IMG/VR virus record: IMGVR_UViG_3300032093_009077
Coordinates: 3,939-67,938 of that record
DNA: 64,000 bases
Reading direction: 5' to 3' (one strand)
Source: a virus
Under the pieces are notes generated by a model. It was not told the origin of the DNA. It made no database searches and saw nothing but the letters and a program-made list of their open reading frames with translations. The stretch's first letter is position 1. Each line of letters begins with the position of its first letter. Made by a program: the position numbers and the translations under genes. This document shows positions 9,149-18,870 of the stretch, in pieces.

Positions 9149-9832
9149 ATGAAACTTTCAAGCAATACAATTTCTGTATTAAAGAATTTCGGTTCTATCA
9201 ATGAAGGCATCTACTTTAAAAAAGGTAAGACGCTCAAGACCGTATCAAAACTAAAAAATGTTCTAGCAGAAGCCACAATTGCAGAGGATATTCCTACTGA
9301 TTTTGGTGTTTCTGATGTGAACAATTTCTTATCTGTAATCTCTCTTAGCAAAGATGATACTACCTTTGAGTTTGAAGGTAAGAACATTGTCATCGTAAAT
9401 AACAAAGGTCGTAGTCGCACAAAGTATCGTTTCTGTGAACCAACGATGATCATTACGCCGCCTGAGAAAGAAATTGCGATGCCAGATCCAGAAATCACAT
9501 TTGATTTTACTGCTGATGATTTTGCATGGACTCTGCGTAGTGCATCTGTATTGTCCTCACCTCATGTTGTTGTTGAATCTGATGGAAAAAAAGTAAATGT
9601 GGTGTGTACTGACCTTACAAATGATGCTGCTCATACTAATTCACTTGAAATTGGTGAAGGTAATGGCAACAAATATAAAATGATTTTTAAGACCGAACAT
9701 CTTGATAAGATTATGCCTGGTGCATATACTGTACAAATTTCATCTAAAGGTATTGGTAAATTTGTAAACAAGAATGTGGCATTGAAATACTGGATCTCAA
9801 CTGAGTCTGGTTCTAAACTTGAAAAAGCTTAA
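9149..9832 (+). CDS. gp45: Sliding clamp
   Basis: MKLS..TI.VLKNF.SIN start; position before gp44. Confidence 0.92.
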   Translation: MKLSSNTISVLKNFGSINEGIYFKKGKTLKTVSKLKNVLAEATIAEDIPTDFGVSDVNNFLSVISLSKDDTTFEFEGKNIVIVNNKGRSRTKYRFCEPTMIITPPEKEIAMPDPEITFDFTADDFAWTLRSASVLSSPHVVVESDGKKVNVVCTDLTNDAAHTNSLEIGEGNGNKYKMIFKTEHLDKIMPGAYTVQISSKGIGKFVNKNVALKYWISTESGSKLEKA

Positions 9833-9860
9833 TTTATTATGATTTATGTGAAAGGTTCCC

Positions 9861-10793
9861 ATGGAACATTTATTATGGACAGAGAAGTATCGCCCTCAGA
9901 CAGTAGAAGATTGTATTCTGCCAGAGCGCCTGAAAAAACCATTTCAGGAGTACGTGAAGCAGCAAAACATTCCCAATCTCCTATTGACTGGTGGGGCCGG
10001 CGTTGGCAAAACGACCGTAGCGAAAGCGATGTGTCATCAAATAGGGTGCGATTATCTAGTAATCAATGGTTCTGACGAATCAGGCATTGACACATTTCGT
10101 ACCAAGATTAAAAATTATGCCTCATCGATGAGCCTTTCCGGTGGCAGGAAAGTCATTATCATCGATGAGGCTGATTATCTAAATCCAAATTCAACTCAAC
10201 CTGCTTTGCGTAATGCGATTGAAGAATTTGCAAGTAATTGTTCATTCATCTTTACTTGTAATTTTAAGAATCGCATTATTGATCCGCTTCATTCTCGTTG
10301 TGCCGTTGTTGAATTCTCACTCAAAAACGGTGAGAAAGATAAGATGGCAACTCAGTTCTTCAAGCGTATTCAATCGATTTTGCAAAGTGAAAAAATTGAC
10401 TTTGACAAATCAGTTATTGCTGAACTAATCAAAAAACATTTTCCAGATTTTCGCCGTGTTCTAAATGAACTACAGCGTTATTCACAATTTGGTGCAATCG
10501 ATACAGGAATTTTGGCACAGATTGGTGATGTGTCTATCAAAGAAATTGTAAAGTATATTTCTGAAAAAGATTTTGGTGCAATTCGTAAATGGGTTGCATC
10601 AAACGATATGGATCAGAATTTATTTTTCCGTAAAATTTATGATGCTTTGTATGATACATTAAAGCCAGCTTCGATTCCTCAAGCGGTCATTATTCTTGCT
10701 GACTATCAATACAAGTCGGCTTTTGTTGCTGACCAAGAAATTAATACTGTTGCATGTCTAACAGAATTGATGGTGAATTGTGAGTTTGTATGA
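9861..10793 (+). CDS. gp44: Clamp loader large subunit
   Basis: LWTEKYRP, GVGKTT, IIDEAD, SRC motifs. Confidence 0.96.
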   Translation: MEHLLWTEKYRPQTVEDCILPERLKKPFQEYVKQQNIPNLLLTGGAGVGKTTVAKAMCHQIGCDYLVINGSDESGIDTFRTKIKNYASSMSLSGGRKVIIIDEADYLNPNSTQPALRNAIEEFASNCSFIFTCNFKNRIIDPLHSRCAVVEFSLKNGEKDKMATQFFKRIQSILQSEKIDFDKSVIAELIKKHFPDFRRVLNELQRYSQFGAIDTGILAQIGDVSIKEIVKYISEKDFGAIRKWVASNDMDQNLFFRKIYDALYDTLKPASIPQAVIILADYQYKSAFVADQEINTVACLTELMVNCEFV

Positions 10794-11077
10794 ACGATTT
10801 ATTAAGACCAACTATAGAATGGATCAAAGATGATTGGAATTCTAACTCTGCTCGTTTTTTGCTTGAGTTGCTTGCTTGGGCTATTAGTATTGGGTGTTCG
10901 ATTACAATGGCTCTCACGGTACCCACTCCGCCCCTTTTATATCTCTATCCTATTTGGATTCTCGGTTGCAGCATCTATGCTTGGGCTGCTTGGACTCGCA
11001 GAAGTTTTGGAATGCTGGCTAACTACTTGCTCTTAACGACAATCGATACAATTGGCCTTATGAGGATGGTAATATGA
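10790..11077 (+). CDS. Small membrane protein (about 3 TM)
   Basis: Hydrophobic segments; ATGA overlaps with both neighbours. Confidence 0.65.
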   Translation: MNDLLRPTIEWIKDDWNSNSARFLLELLAWAISIGCSITMALTVPTPPLLYLYPIWILGCSIYAWAAWTRRSFGMLANYLLLTTIDTIGLMRMVI

Positions 11078-11457
11078 GTCCATTTGATTATGTAAACCAG
11101 ATACTTCAAGGTAAAAAACAGTTAATTATTGATGAGGAGACTGAGAAAAAGTACAGTCCTTTTCTTACAAATCGTTCTTTATCCTACCATCTTGACTGTA
11201 TAATGTATGCAAACGAGATGAACCGCCGGCATTTTCTAGATAATAAGTGTCAGAACGATTTTTTACTAAATACCATACGGTCTAAGAAAAGGCCGTTTGC
11301 TAAGTGGGTTAAGGCTGAAAAAGGTGAAGATTTAGAATGTGTCAAGATCATGTATGGACTATCAGACGCAAAAGCTCGTGAAGCGATCCGCCTACTTAGT
11401 AATGAACAAATCCAACAATTAAAAGAACAAACCGATACCGGTGGATTAAGGAAGTGA
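11074..11457 (+). CDS. gp62: Clamp loader small subunit
   Basis: YSPFLTNRSLS...ANEMN, KRPFAKW; synteny. Confidence 0.9.
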   Translation: MSPFDYVNQILQGKKQLIIDEETEKKYSPFLTNRSLSYHLDCIMYANEMNRRHFLDNKCQNDFLLNTIRSKKRPFAKWVKAEKGEDLECVKIMYGLSDAKAREAIRLLSNEQIQQLKEQTDTGGLRK

Positions 11458-11458
11458 T

Positions 11459-11863
11459 ATGGTCGACCTTACACAATTTGTTGAGGTTACTCTCAATGAA
11501 CAAGATGATTTCTTAAAAGTAAGAGAAACACTTACTCGAATTGGTGTATCGTCACGCAAAGAAAAAGTATTATACCAATCTTGCCACATACTACACAAAC
11601 AAGGCAGATATTATATCGTACACTTTAAGGAACTTTTTGCCCTTGACGGTAAACCATCTAACATTTCAGAGAATGATGTACAAAGACGTAATGCAATAGC
11701 TAAGTTATTAGAAGAATGGGGTCTCGTTAAAATTTTGAATTCTAGAATTATGGAAAACAATATTGCACCACTTCATCAGATAAAAATTATTTCTTTCAAA
11801 GATAAAGATGAATGGGAATTAATTCCTAAATATAATATTGGTAAAAAATCACAAGATTACTGA
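11459..11863 (+). CDS. regA: Translational repressor RegA
   Basis: DFLKVRETLTRIG, LYQSCHILHKQG.YYIVHFKELF. Confidence 0.96.
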   Translation: MVDLTQFVEVTLNEQDDFLKVRETLTRIGVSSRKEKVLYQSCHILHKQGRYYIVHFKELFALDGKPSNISENDVQRRNAIAKLLEEWGLVKILNSRIMENNIAPLHQIKIISFKDKDEWELIPKYNIGKKSQDY

Positions 11864-11874
11864 AATGATACGCC

Positions 11875-12057
11875 ATGGAAAAAGTGAAGAATCCTGTAAG
11901 ACTAAAAAACATTTATCAAGGAACTGTAGTTTATACTTTAGACTATGATGATGTTTATCGTATGAACGAAATGGAATTTATTCGGGTTTATGAAGAAGCT
12001 AACCCTCAACGCACATACTTGGCTAACAAGGCAGCCTTCGTAAAACTGGATAAATAA
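11875..12057 (+). CDS. Hypothetical protein
   Basis: ORF fills the gap in the operon. Confidence 0.55.
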   Translation: MEKVKNPVRLKNIYQGTVVYTLDYDDVYRMNEMEFIRVYEEANPQRTYLANKAAFVKLDK

Positions 12058-12060
12058 AAC

Positions 12061-12110
12061 TGTGACGCCTAATGGGTCACAATTATTAACTCGCTTAAAA
12101 GGAGAAAACT
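12061..12110 (+). promoter_or_regulatory. ROSE-like RNA thermometer leader of hsp20
   Basis: CTCGCT-TAAA-AGGAG pairs with the SD leaving a bulged G; upstream GTGAC/GTCAC hairpin; GATAAATA late-like box just upstream. Confidence 0.6.
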
Positions 12111-12596
12111 ATGACACTAGGACGTGTTACATTCGGGCCATTGGCTCATTCTACACTTGGATTTGAAAAGTTTATTAATGATGTTGATAGACTGTTGAAT
12201 ATGGATGTCCAAAAAGCCACATCTACTTTCCCTCCACACAATATCATTAAACTTGATGAGTCTCGTTATGTTGTTGAGCTCGCTGTAGCTGGCTTCAGCA
12301 AAAGTGAAATTGAAATTACTGTTGAGGATAGTACATTGACAATTACAGGTGAAAAGAAAGAAGGTCAGGCTGATATTCAGTATCTACACAGAGGTATTGG
12401 TACCAGATCGTTCACTAAGAAGCTGACGATAGCTGACACCATTGAAGTTCAAGGCGCTGAGTTTAAGGATGGTATTCTGCGTGTTGGTCTTATCAATGTA
12501 ATTCCTGAACACAAAAAGCCTAAGAAAATTGAGATAGGTAAGGAGTTAAAACAATTTTCTCCTAAACTATTACAAGAAGAAAATTCTCCGGCTTAA
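12111..12596 (+). CDS. hsp20: Small heat shock protein (IbpA/Hsp20 family)
   Basis: FPPHNI, ELAVAGF, YLHRGI..RSF, DGIL. Confidence 0.94.
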   Translation: MTLGRVTFGPLAHSTLGFEKFINDVDRLLNMDVQKATSTFPPHNIIKLDESRYVVELAVAGFSKSEIEITVEDSTLTITGEKKEGQADIQYLHRGIGTRSFTKKLTIADTIEVQGAEFKDGILRVGLINVIPEHKKPKKIEIGKELKQFSPKLLQEENSPA

Positions 12597-12600
12597 ACAC

Positions 12601-12630
12601 ATGGGGGCGATTTTTTCGCCTCCATTTTTT
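12601..12630 (+). terminator. Rho-independent terminator
   Basis: ATGGGGGCGA/TCGCCTCCAT stem plus T-run. Confidence 0.8.
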
Positions 12631-12661
12631 AACTCTAAAATTAACTTTGGATATATATATC

Positions 12662-12832
12662 ATGAAACCAAACAAAACATTCAAAATGCCTAAGTCAACA
12701 AAAAGACTGCTGGCTGGTTTATCTGGTGGTGACCATACTTCTTTCAAAAAGAGTATGATAGAATCTCACCTCATGTCTACTATTATAGTACGTGATAAGA
12801 AAAAAAATAAAGTAGAAAAAAATGAAGAATAA
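12662..12832 (+). CDS. Small basic hypothetical protein
   Basis: ORF overlapping the start of the next gene. Confidence 0.5.
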   Translation: MKPNKTFKMPKSTKRLLAGLSGGDHTSFKKSMIESHLMSTIIVRDKKKNKVEKNEE

Positions 12833-13280
12833 ATTTAAGGTCGCTCATATGGAGGCGGCCGAAGTTTATTCTCAATTATCTTCTGCTCGGCGCCTTCAAG
12901 TTGGTTGTGTTATTGTAAAAAACAATACAATCATTGGAATTGGTTATAACGGCATGCCATCTGGTTGGGATAATGACTGTGAATTTGCAGATTATTATGA
13001 TGATGGTGATTTTGTCATTAGATCCAAACCAGAAGTCCTTCATGCAGAAACAAACGCAATAGCAAAAGTGGCTAAATCTACTAACTCCACAGAAGATGCA
13101 GATTTGTTTGTAACACATGCACCTTGTTTAGATTGTGCAAAACTTATTCACCAATCTGGAATCAAAAGAGTATTTTACAGAGATACATATAGGAGTGATG
13201 AAGGTTTAAAGTTTCTTAAACAATGTAATATTGAGGTGGAAAATGTCAAAGAGTTACAATGCAACGGTAGTGGCGATTGA
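12822..13280 (+). CDS. cd: dCMP deaminase
   Basis: GYNG, HAE, PCLDC motifs. Confidence 0.92.
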   Translation: MKNKFKVAHMEAAEVYSQLSSARRLQVGCVIVKNNTIIGIGYNGMPSGWDNDCEFADYYDDGDFVIRSKPEVLHAETNAIAKVAKSTNSTEDADLFVTHAPCLDCAKLIHQSGIKRVFYRDTYRSDEGLKFLKQCNIEVENVKELQCNGSGD

Positions 13281-13431
13281 CTGTTTTGGTGATGCAATCG
13301 TTCAATTACCAGATAAGTTGGTGGAAGAATTAGATTGGCGAGTGGGTGATACGTTAGATTATGAACTTGTAGATAAAAGTATTATAATTAAAAATCTGAC
13401 AAAGGAAAAAAGAAATGCAACTAACAGCTAA
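13243..13431 (+). CDS. AbrB/MazE-like small protein
   Basis: IVQLPDKLVEELDWRVGDTL pattern; GAGG SD. Confidence 0.6.
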   Translation: MSKSYNATVVAIDCFGDAIVQLPDKLVEELDWRVGDTLDYELVDKSIIIKNLTKEKRNATNS

Positions 13432-13879
13432 TTTTTCATTAGAAGAAATGATTAAGAGCGAAACTGCTCTGCGTCAAGGTTTAGAGAATATACCAGGTGA
13501 AGCTGAGATTGAAAATCTTAGAGTTTTGTGTACCTATGTTTTACAACCTTTACGTGATGCCTGGGGTCGTGGCATCAAAGTGAATTCCGGCTTCAGACAC
13601 CCTGATGTGAACGCTGCCGTAGGCGGGTCACGCACATCCGATCATTGTCGTGGTCAAGCTGCTGATATTGAAATACCAGGAGTTTCAAATTACGATTTAG
13701 CAAAATACATCGAACAATACTTTCAATTTACACAAGTAATTTTGGAATTCTATACACCAGGTATTCCTGATTCTGGTTGGGTCCACGTATCATATGATCA
13801 GAACAATTTAAAGAAACAATCTTTAACTGCGATGCGTGAAAATGGTAAAGTGGTTTACAAACCTGGTTTAATTGCATAA
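13415..13879 (+). CDS. Peptidase M15A (D-Ala-D-Ala carboxypeptidase family), candidate endolysin
   Basis: NSGFR, SDHCRGQAAD, WVHVS. Confidence 0.85.
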   Translation: MQLTANFSLEEMIKSETALRQGLENIPGEAEIENLRVLCTYVLQPLRDAWGRGIKVNSGFRHPDVNAAVGGSRTSDHCRGQAADIEIPGVSNYDLAKYIEQYFQFTQVILEFYTPGIPDSGWVHVSYDQNNLKKQSLTAMRENGKVVYKPGLIA

Positions 13880-14001
13880 TGGATCCAAGAGCCCTTATTG
13901 CATTTTTAAACCGAGTAAAATGTTGGATACCTGAATACAATGGCGGCATTAGAGGCGAAATTGATCAGGTAATCCAACAATTGAGAAATTCAATAAGGTA
14001 A
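13879..14001 (+). CDS. 40-aa hypothetical protein (not in the ORF track)
   Basis: TAATG coupling; MDPRALIAFLNRVKCWIPEYNGGIRGEIDQVIQQLRNSIR. Confidence 0.45.
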   Translation: MDPRALIAFLNRVKCWIPEYNGGIRGEIDQVIQQLRNSIR

Positions 14002-14040
14002 ATAGGAAAATATCATTAGACATATAATGTAAATCCTGAT
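14002..14040 (+). promoter_or_regulatory. OxyR-like (LysR) box upstream of ahpC
   Basis: ATAG-N7-TCAT-N7-ATAA, three of four tetramers of ATAG-N7-CTAT-N7-ATAG-N7-CTAT approximately matched. Confidence 0.45.
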
Positions 14041-14105
14041 ATATTATTGATAAGTACTATCATAGTAGTAGTACTGATATAAATTGACTATCAAGGAGAA
14101 TTGAA

Positions 14106-14666
14106 TTGAAAACCGTAGGTGACAAGTTAGAAAAATTTTTAGTTGTAGGTATTAATCCAGGTAAAGACGATTTTTTTGATATTACAGAAAAATCATTTGA
14201 AGGCAAATGGAAAGTAATTGTTTACTATCCAAAAGATTTTACATTTGTATGCCCAACAGAAATTGTGGCTTACGATAAACTCTTTCAAGATTTTGCGGAT
14301 CGTGATGCGGTTCTATTAACAGGTTCTACAGACAATGAATTCTGTAAATTAGCATGGCAACGCTCCCATGAAGATCTTTCTAAGATCAAACACATTCAGT
14401 TTGCTGACACTCAGCGTCCAGGTTATGACGTAGATAGTGAGTATCGTGATTTAGGTCTTATTAGTCAACTTGGTGTATTCTATAAGCCAGCTGGCGCAGC
14501 ATTACGTGCTACATTCATCGTTGATCCAGATAATGTGATTCAACATGTTACAGTAAACAATCTAAATGTTGGCCGTTCACCAGAAGAAACTTTGCGTGTA
14601 TTAGATGCTTTGCAAACAGGTGAATTGTGTGCATGTAATCGTGCCGTTGGTGGTGAAACTTTATAA
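14106..14666 (+). CDS. ahpC: Peroxiredoxin AhpC
   Basis: [21 protein letters not shown]; TTG start with AAGGAG SD. Confidence 0.95.
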   Translation: MKTVGDKLEKFLVVGINPGKDDFFDITEKSFEGKWKVIVYYPKDFTFVCPTEIVAYDKLFQDFADRDAVLLTGSTDNEFCKLAWQRSHEDLSKIKHIQFADTQRPGYDVDSEYRDLGLISQLGVFYKPAGAALRATFIVDPDNVIQHVTVNNLNVGRSPEETLRVLDALQTGELCACNRAVGGETL

Positions 14667-15874
14667 TGCAATTTCCAATTTATCTTGATTACTCATCTAC
14701 AACTCCTGTTGATCCTAGAGTTGTAGAATCCATGATACCTTTTTTATATCAAAATTTTGGTAATCCTGCTTCAAGAAGTCATGCTTTTGGATGGAAGGCA
14801 GAAGATGCTGTTGAAGAAGCACGAAAAAATGTAGCTGATTTAGTTAACTGTGATTCGAAAGAAATAATTTGGACTTCTGGTGCTACTGAATCGATTAATT
14901 TGGCATTAAAAGGTGCCTGTAAGTTCAATAAACAAAAAGGCAATCATGTTATCACAATCAAAACAGAACACAAAGCAACATTAGATACATGTAGAGAATT
15001 AGAAAGAGAAGGATTTGAAGTAACTTACTTAGATGTAAAAGATGATGGTTTAATTGATATTGAGAATTTTATTTCTTCTATAAAATCTTCTACAATTTTA
15101 GTTTCTGTAATGTTTGTAAATAATGAAATAGGTGTAATACAAGATATTGCTAAATTAGGAGAAATTTGTAGAGAAAAAGGAATTATTTTTCATGTTGATA
15201 GTGCTCAAGCAGCAGGAAAAGTAGACATTGATTTGCAATCATTAAAAGTAGATTTAATGTCATTTTCTGCACATAAAGTTTATGGGCCGAAAGGCATTGG
15301 AGCATTATTTGTAAGAAGAAAACCTAGAGTTAGATTAGAAGCACAGATACATGGTGGTGGCCACGAAAGAGGTTTAAGATCTGGGACTTTACCAACACAT
15401 CAAATTGTAGGCATGGGAGAATCTTTCAAACTTGCTAAACAAGAAATGCACAAAGAAAATGATAATATCAAAAAAATGCGTGATCTTTTACTTGATGGTT
15501 TAAAAGAAATTCCTCATGTTTATATTAATGGTTGTTTAAAGAATCGTGTACCACACAATTTAAATATAAGTTTCAATTATATTGAAGGTGAATCATTATT
15601 GATGGGCATAAAAGATATTGCTGTTTCATCTGGTTCAGCATGTACTTCAGCTAGTTTAGAACCATCATATGTTTTACGTGCGTTAGGAAGGTCAGATGAA
15701 CTTGCTCATTCATCGATTAGATTTTCTATTGGACGATTTACTAAAGAAGAAGATATAAATTTTACGATAGATCTACTGAAGAAAAAAGTAAATCATTTAA
15801 GGTCGATGAGTCCTTTATGGGAAATGGTACAAGAAGGAATAGACCTTGATAAAATTGAATGGGCAGCACATTAA
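14666..15874 (+). CDS. iscS: Cysteine desulfurase IscS
   Basis: [19 protein letters not shown] (PLP lysine), [23 protein letters not shown]. Confidence 0.97.
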   Translation: MQFPIYLDYSSTTPVDPRVVESMIPFLYQNFGNPASRSHAFGWKAEDAVEEARKNVADLVNCDSKEIIWTSGATESINLALKGACKFNKQKGNHVITIKTEHKATLDTCRELEREGFEVTYLDVKDDGLIDIENFISSIKSSTILVSVMFVNNEIGVIQDIAKLGEICREKGIIFHVDSAQAAGKVDIDLQSLKVDLMSFSAHKVYGPKGIGALFVRRKPRVRLEAQIHGGGHERGLRSGTLPTHQIVGMGESFKLAKQEMHKENDNIKKMRDLLLDGLKEIPHVYINGCLKNRVPHNLNISFNYIEGESLLMGIKDIAVSSGSACTSASLEPSYVLRALGRSDELAHSSIRFSIGRFTKEEDINFTIDLLKKKVNHLRSMSPLWEMVQEGIDLDKIEWAAH

Positions 15875-15890
15875 AATCAAGGAGAAATAA

Positions 15891-16403
15891 ATGATTTGGG
15901 TCGATCAAATTAAGGAGGCATTACCAGAATATGCGAAAGATACAAAACTCAATTTGGATTCCGTTATTAATCGTAGCACTATTGATGTTACCATTGCTCA
16001 AGGTTGCGCCCTCGCAGCAGCAATGGCAACAGGTAACGGAAAACTCGTTGCTTTTATTCAGTCAGGTCTGGAGGATACCAGAGAGCGTGACGCAGCGTTA
16101 ACAGCTGCATCGCTCATGGCTATGACTAACATTTGGTATCCATTTGTTGAAATGGCAAATGATGATCGTTTGAAAGGTCTTCCTGCACAATTAAGAATGA
16201 ACGCAATCGCAACACATGGCGGCACTAGTAAAGTAAATTTTGAAGCATATAGTTTGGCTGCATCAATTGTTGGCAAATGTCATTTCTGTATTAGTGCTCA
16301 TTACAGTACTTTGAAACAAGAAGGTTACACAGTCGAACAATTGCGTGATATTGGCCGTATTGCTGCTGTAATTACTTCTGTTGCAAAAGTATTAAATAGT
16401 TAA
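15891..16403 (+). CDS. ahpD: Alkyl hydroperoxide reductase AhpD
   Basis: LPEYAKDTKLNL, MAMTNIWY, GKCHFC..AH. Confidence 0.92.
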   Translation: MIWVDQIKEALPEYAKDTKLNLDSVINRSTIDVTIAQGCALAAAMATGNGKLVAFIQSGLEDTRERDAALTAASLMAMTNIWYPFVEMANDDRLKGLPAQLRMNAIATHGGTSKVNFEAYSLAASIVGKCHFCISAHYSTLKQEGYTVEQLRDIGRIAAVITSVAKVLNS

Positions 16404-16442
16404 TGTAACAAAAGATTCATATAAAATTCATACTTTTGTAAC
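16403..16442 (+). promoter_or_regulatory. Tandem Pho boxes
   Basis: Four heptamers at exact 11-bp period: ATGTAAC, GATTCAT, AATTCAT, TTGTAAC; directly upstream of pstS. Confidence 0.7.
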
Positions 16443-16509
16443 ATTGGAAATGTTGCAACACAATACATATTAATGAAGCATTTTTGCTTCTATTAATAAG
16501 GAGAACTTA

Positions 16510-17517
16510 ATGAAAAAAATTCTACTGACACTACTGGCGGCATTTACCGTTACAGCACACGCAGCAGATATTACTGGCGCTGGCGCAACATTTCCATATC
16601 CAATTTATTCTAAATGGGCTGAAGGATATAAAAAGACAACTGGCGTTGGATTAAATTATCAATCAATTGGTTCGTCTGGTGGTGTAAGACAAATCAATGC
16701 TAAGACCGTTGCATTTGGTGCTACAGATGCACCGGTATCAGGTGCAGATTTAGATAAGAATGGTCAAGTGCAATTTCCAGCTGTTCTTGGTGGCGTAGTT
16801 CCTGTTTTTAATCTTGAGGGTTTCAAACCAGGTGAACTTAGGTTAAATGGTGTTGTGCTTGCAGAAATTTTTATGGGAAAAATTACAAAGTGGAATGATC
16901 CAAAAATTGCTTTATTAAATCCTTCCGCAAAACTTCCAAATCAAACAATTACTGTGGTGCATCGTGCTGATGGTTCTGGCACTACATTTATTTTTACTGA
17001 TTATCTGAATGAAGTTAGCCAAGATTGGCGTGCAAATGTTGGTAAAGGCGCATCAGTAAAATGGCCAGCCACATCAAGTGTTGGTGGTAAAGGTAATGAA
17101 GGTGTTGCAGCAAATGTTGAGCGAGTAAAAGGTTCTATTGGATATGTTGAGTATGCATATGCAAAGAAAAATAAAATACCTCACATTAGAATGGAAAATA
17201 GAAATGGTCTTTATGTAGATCCAGATGATTCTACTTTTGCAGCTGCCGCAGCAAACGCTGATTGGTTTAGTGTTTCAGGCATGGGCATTTCATTAGTGAA
17301 TCAAAGAGGAACTCAAGCTTGGCCAATTACAGGCGCAAGTTTTATTATCATGTATAAAGATCCAACTGATAAAAAATCAAGCCAAGAAGTATTAAAGTTT
17401 TTTGATTGGTCTTGGAAAAATGGCAAAAAAGATGCATTAGATTTAGACTATGTGCCTCTGCCAGACTCTTTAACTAATCAAATTAGACAGAAGGTTTGGT
17501 CTCAGATTAAACACTAA
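16510..17517 (+). CDS. pstS: Phosphate ABC transporter substrate-binding protein
   Basis: Signal peptide; GAGATFPYP, YQSIGS.GG, HRADGSGTT. Confidence 0.97.
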   Translation: MKKILLTLLAAFTVTAHAADITGAGATFPYPIYSKWAEGYKKTTGVGLNYQSIGSSGGVRQINAKTVAFGATDAPVSGADLDKNGQVQFPAVLGGVVPVFNLEGFKPGELRLNGVVLAEIFMGKITKWNDPKIALLNPSAKLPNQTITVVHRADGSGTTFIFTDYLNEVSQDWRANVGKGASVKWPATSSVGGKGNEGVAANVERVKGSIGYVEYAYAKKNKIPHIRMENRNGLYVDPDDSTFAAAAANADWFSVSGMGISLVNQRGTQAWPITGASFIIMYKDPTDKKSSQEVLKFFDWSWKNGKKDALDLDYVPLPDSLTNQIRQKVWSQIKH

Positions 17518-17570
17518 ATACTCATTACAACATTGTTTATGTTAAAGTGAAATTTTTATGTTAGATTATT

Positions 17571-18221
17571 ATGGCATTTCTTGTTCACAATTTACCTCCA
17601 ATCCAATGCTTTGTTAAAAAAGAGTTTCTCTATGACTTTGAAAAAGGTCATGGAGAGCTCGAGCCTTGCATATGGATCAGTTTAAAATGTATCAAAGGCC
17701 AGGCATTTAGAATCGAAGCATTACTGCCAAATTATGGTGCATTGTATGATAAACTCCCATTACATGCATTTGTATCAAGGCAAAAAGACTTAAATACATC
17801 ATCTTTACCTTTGGATTACTTGCAAATTTGGGACTGTTTGAGTTATAATTTTACTGTCATTGAAAAAGATAACCTTCGAATGTTGAAGTGTAAATTCTTA
17901 GACAAAGACAAAACATGGCATTTTGGTGAGTATATGTTCACCGTAGATTTTTGCCAAAACGACCCTGGTTATCTAAACACAGGATTTTCTGAAACAGTAG
18001 AAGAACATAAGAGTTATAATTTTATTAAGTTAGACAACGGACAATTTGCCGCACAACCTAACAATAAAACATTATTCTATGATGCATCTTTGACTGTGCC
18101 AGAGTTTAAGAGACCAGATTTTAAAATAGCAACAAAGTTGTATTCAGTAGAAAAATTCAATAAACATTCTGCTCGAAACAACAATGATTTTTTCTATGAC
18201 TTTGAGGAAAGAAAAGAATGA
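17571..18221 (+). CDS. Conserved hypothetical phage protein
   Basis: 216-aa ORF; GQFAAQPNN motif. Confidence 0.75.
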   Translation: MAFLVHNLPPIQCFVKKEFLYDFEKGHGELEPCIWISLKCIKGQAFRIEALLPNYGALYDKLPLHAFVSRQKDLNTSSLPLDYLQIWDCLSYNFTVIEKDNLRMLKCKFLDKDKTWHFGEYMFTVDFCQNDPGYLNTGFSETVEEHKSYNFIKLDNGQFAAQPNNKTLFYDASLTVPEFKRPDFKIATKLYSVEKFNKHSARNNNDFFYDFEERKE

Positions 18222-18442
18222 ACACCCGTGAACTAGCAAAAAAATTAGCCCAAGAGCACAAAACAATTCAAGCAGAAAAATATGATTTATTCCTGCGTGA
18301 CTATGATAATATGGTTGAATTGATTGGACTTGTGCAAGATCCTAATTACAGTATGAATGACTTTCGTGGTCGTGAAATGCTTTTTCCAAAACGCTGGCTC
18401 ACATTAACTGTACTTGATGCGGAGACTGTTGTAAATGTATAA
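18218..18442 (+). CDS. Hypothetical protein
   Basis: ATGA coupling. Confidence 0.6.
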   Translation: MNTRELAKKLAQEHKTIQAEKYDLFLRDYDNMVELIGLVQDPNYSMNDFRGREMLFPKRWLTLTVLDAETVVNV

Positions 18443-18602
18443 AGTTATTTTTAAAAATAAGATTGATGAATCCCGTCAGGCTTTCAAATTTTTTATGAGT
18501 GAAGAAAAAGCAAAACTTTATCAAAAAGAATTAACTGAACAAGGTTATGCATTTGTTAAAATTGAGGATATGAATGATAAAACTAATAACGTTGAAAACT
18601 AA
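18435..18602 (+). CDS. 55-aa hypothetical protein (not in the ORF track)
   Basis: GGAG SD; MYKVIFKNKIDESRQAFKFF... Confidence 0.45.
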   Translation: MYKVIFKNKIDESRQAFKFFMSEEKAKLYQKELTEQGYAFVKIEDMNDKTNNVEN

Positions 18603-18870
18603 TCACACACTTTTAGGTGATGTAACCATTGACGGTGATAAACCTGTAAAAATCAAACAACCTGTACAAGTTGTTTCTGTGCCACCTCGTAGTCAAAATG
18701 ATTCTGGTGGTATTGCTTTTTCTCCATTTTTAGAGTATAGTCAAGAATTCAAAACAGGAATCGAACTACAATGTTCTGATATTTTAGTCATTACAAATCC
18801 TGTTGTTGAATTAGAAAATCAATACAATTCTATTTTTGGTTCTGGAATACAAATTGCGAAAGCTCTGTGA
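18574..18870 (+). CDS. Small hypothetical protein typically found before gp43 (Sm-like fold possible)
   Basis: MIKLITLK...Y..IFGSGI pattern; synteny. Confidence 0.65.
   Translation: MIKLITLKTNHTLLGDVTIDGDKPVKIKQPVQVVSVPPRSQNDSGGIAFSPFLEYSQEFKTGIELQCSDILVITNPVVELENQYNSIFGSGIQIAKAL

Noticed and set aside
13243-13431. Toxin-antitoxin pair from the AbrB/MazE-like gene
   Set aside because: Neighbours are dCMP deaminase and an M15 peptidase; no toxin adjacent
14666-15874. Phage phosphorothioate system (IscS as DndA/SspA plus the SspE-like gene)
   Set aside because: No DndC/SspD PAPS-reductase-like or DndD/SspC genes in the window; iscU/iscA explain iscS more simply
14106-17517. Host chromosomal contamination at the metabolic gene clusters
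   Set aside because: Genes are translationally coupled to or interleaved with phage genes, share the AT-rich codon style and lack the rest of the host operons (pstCAB, iscR, hscBA)
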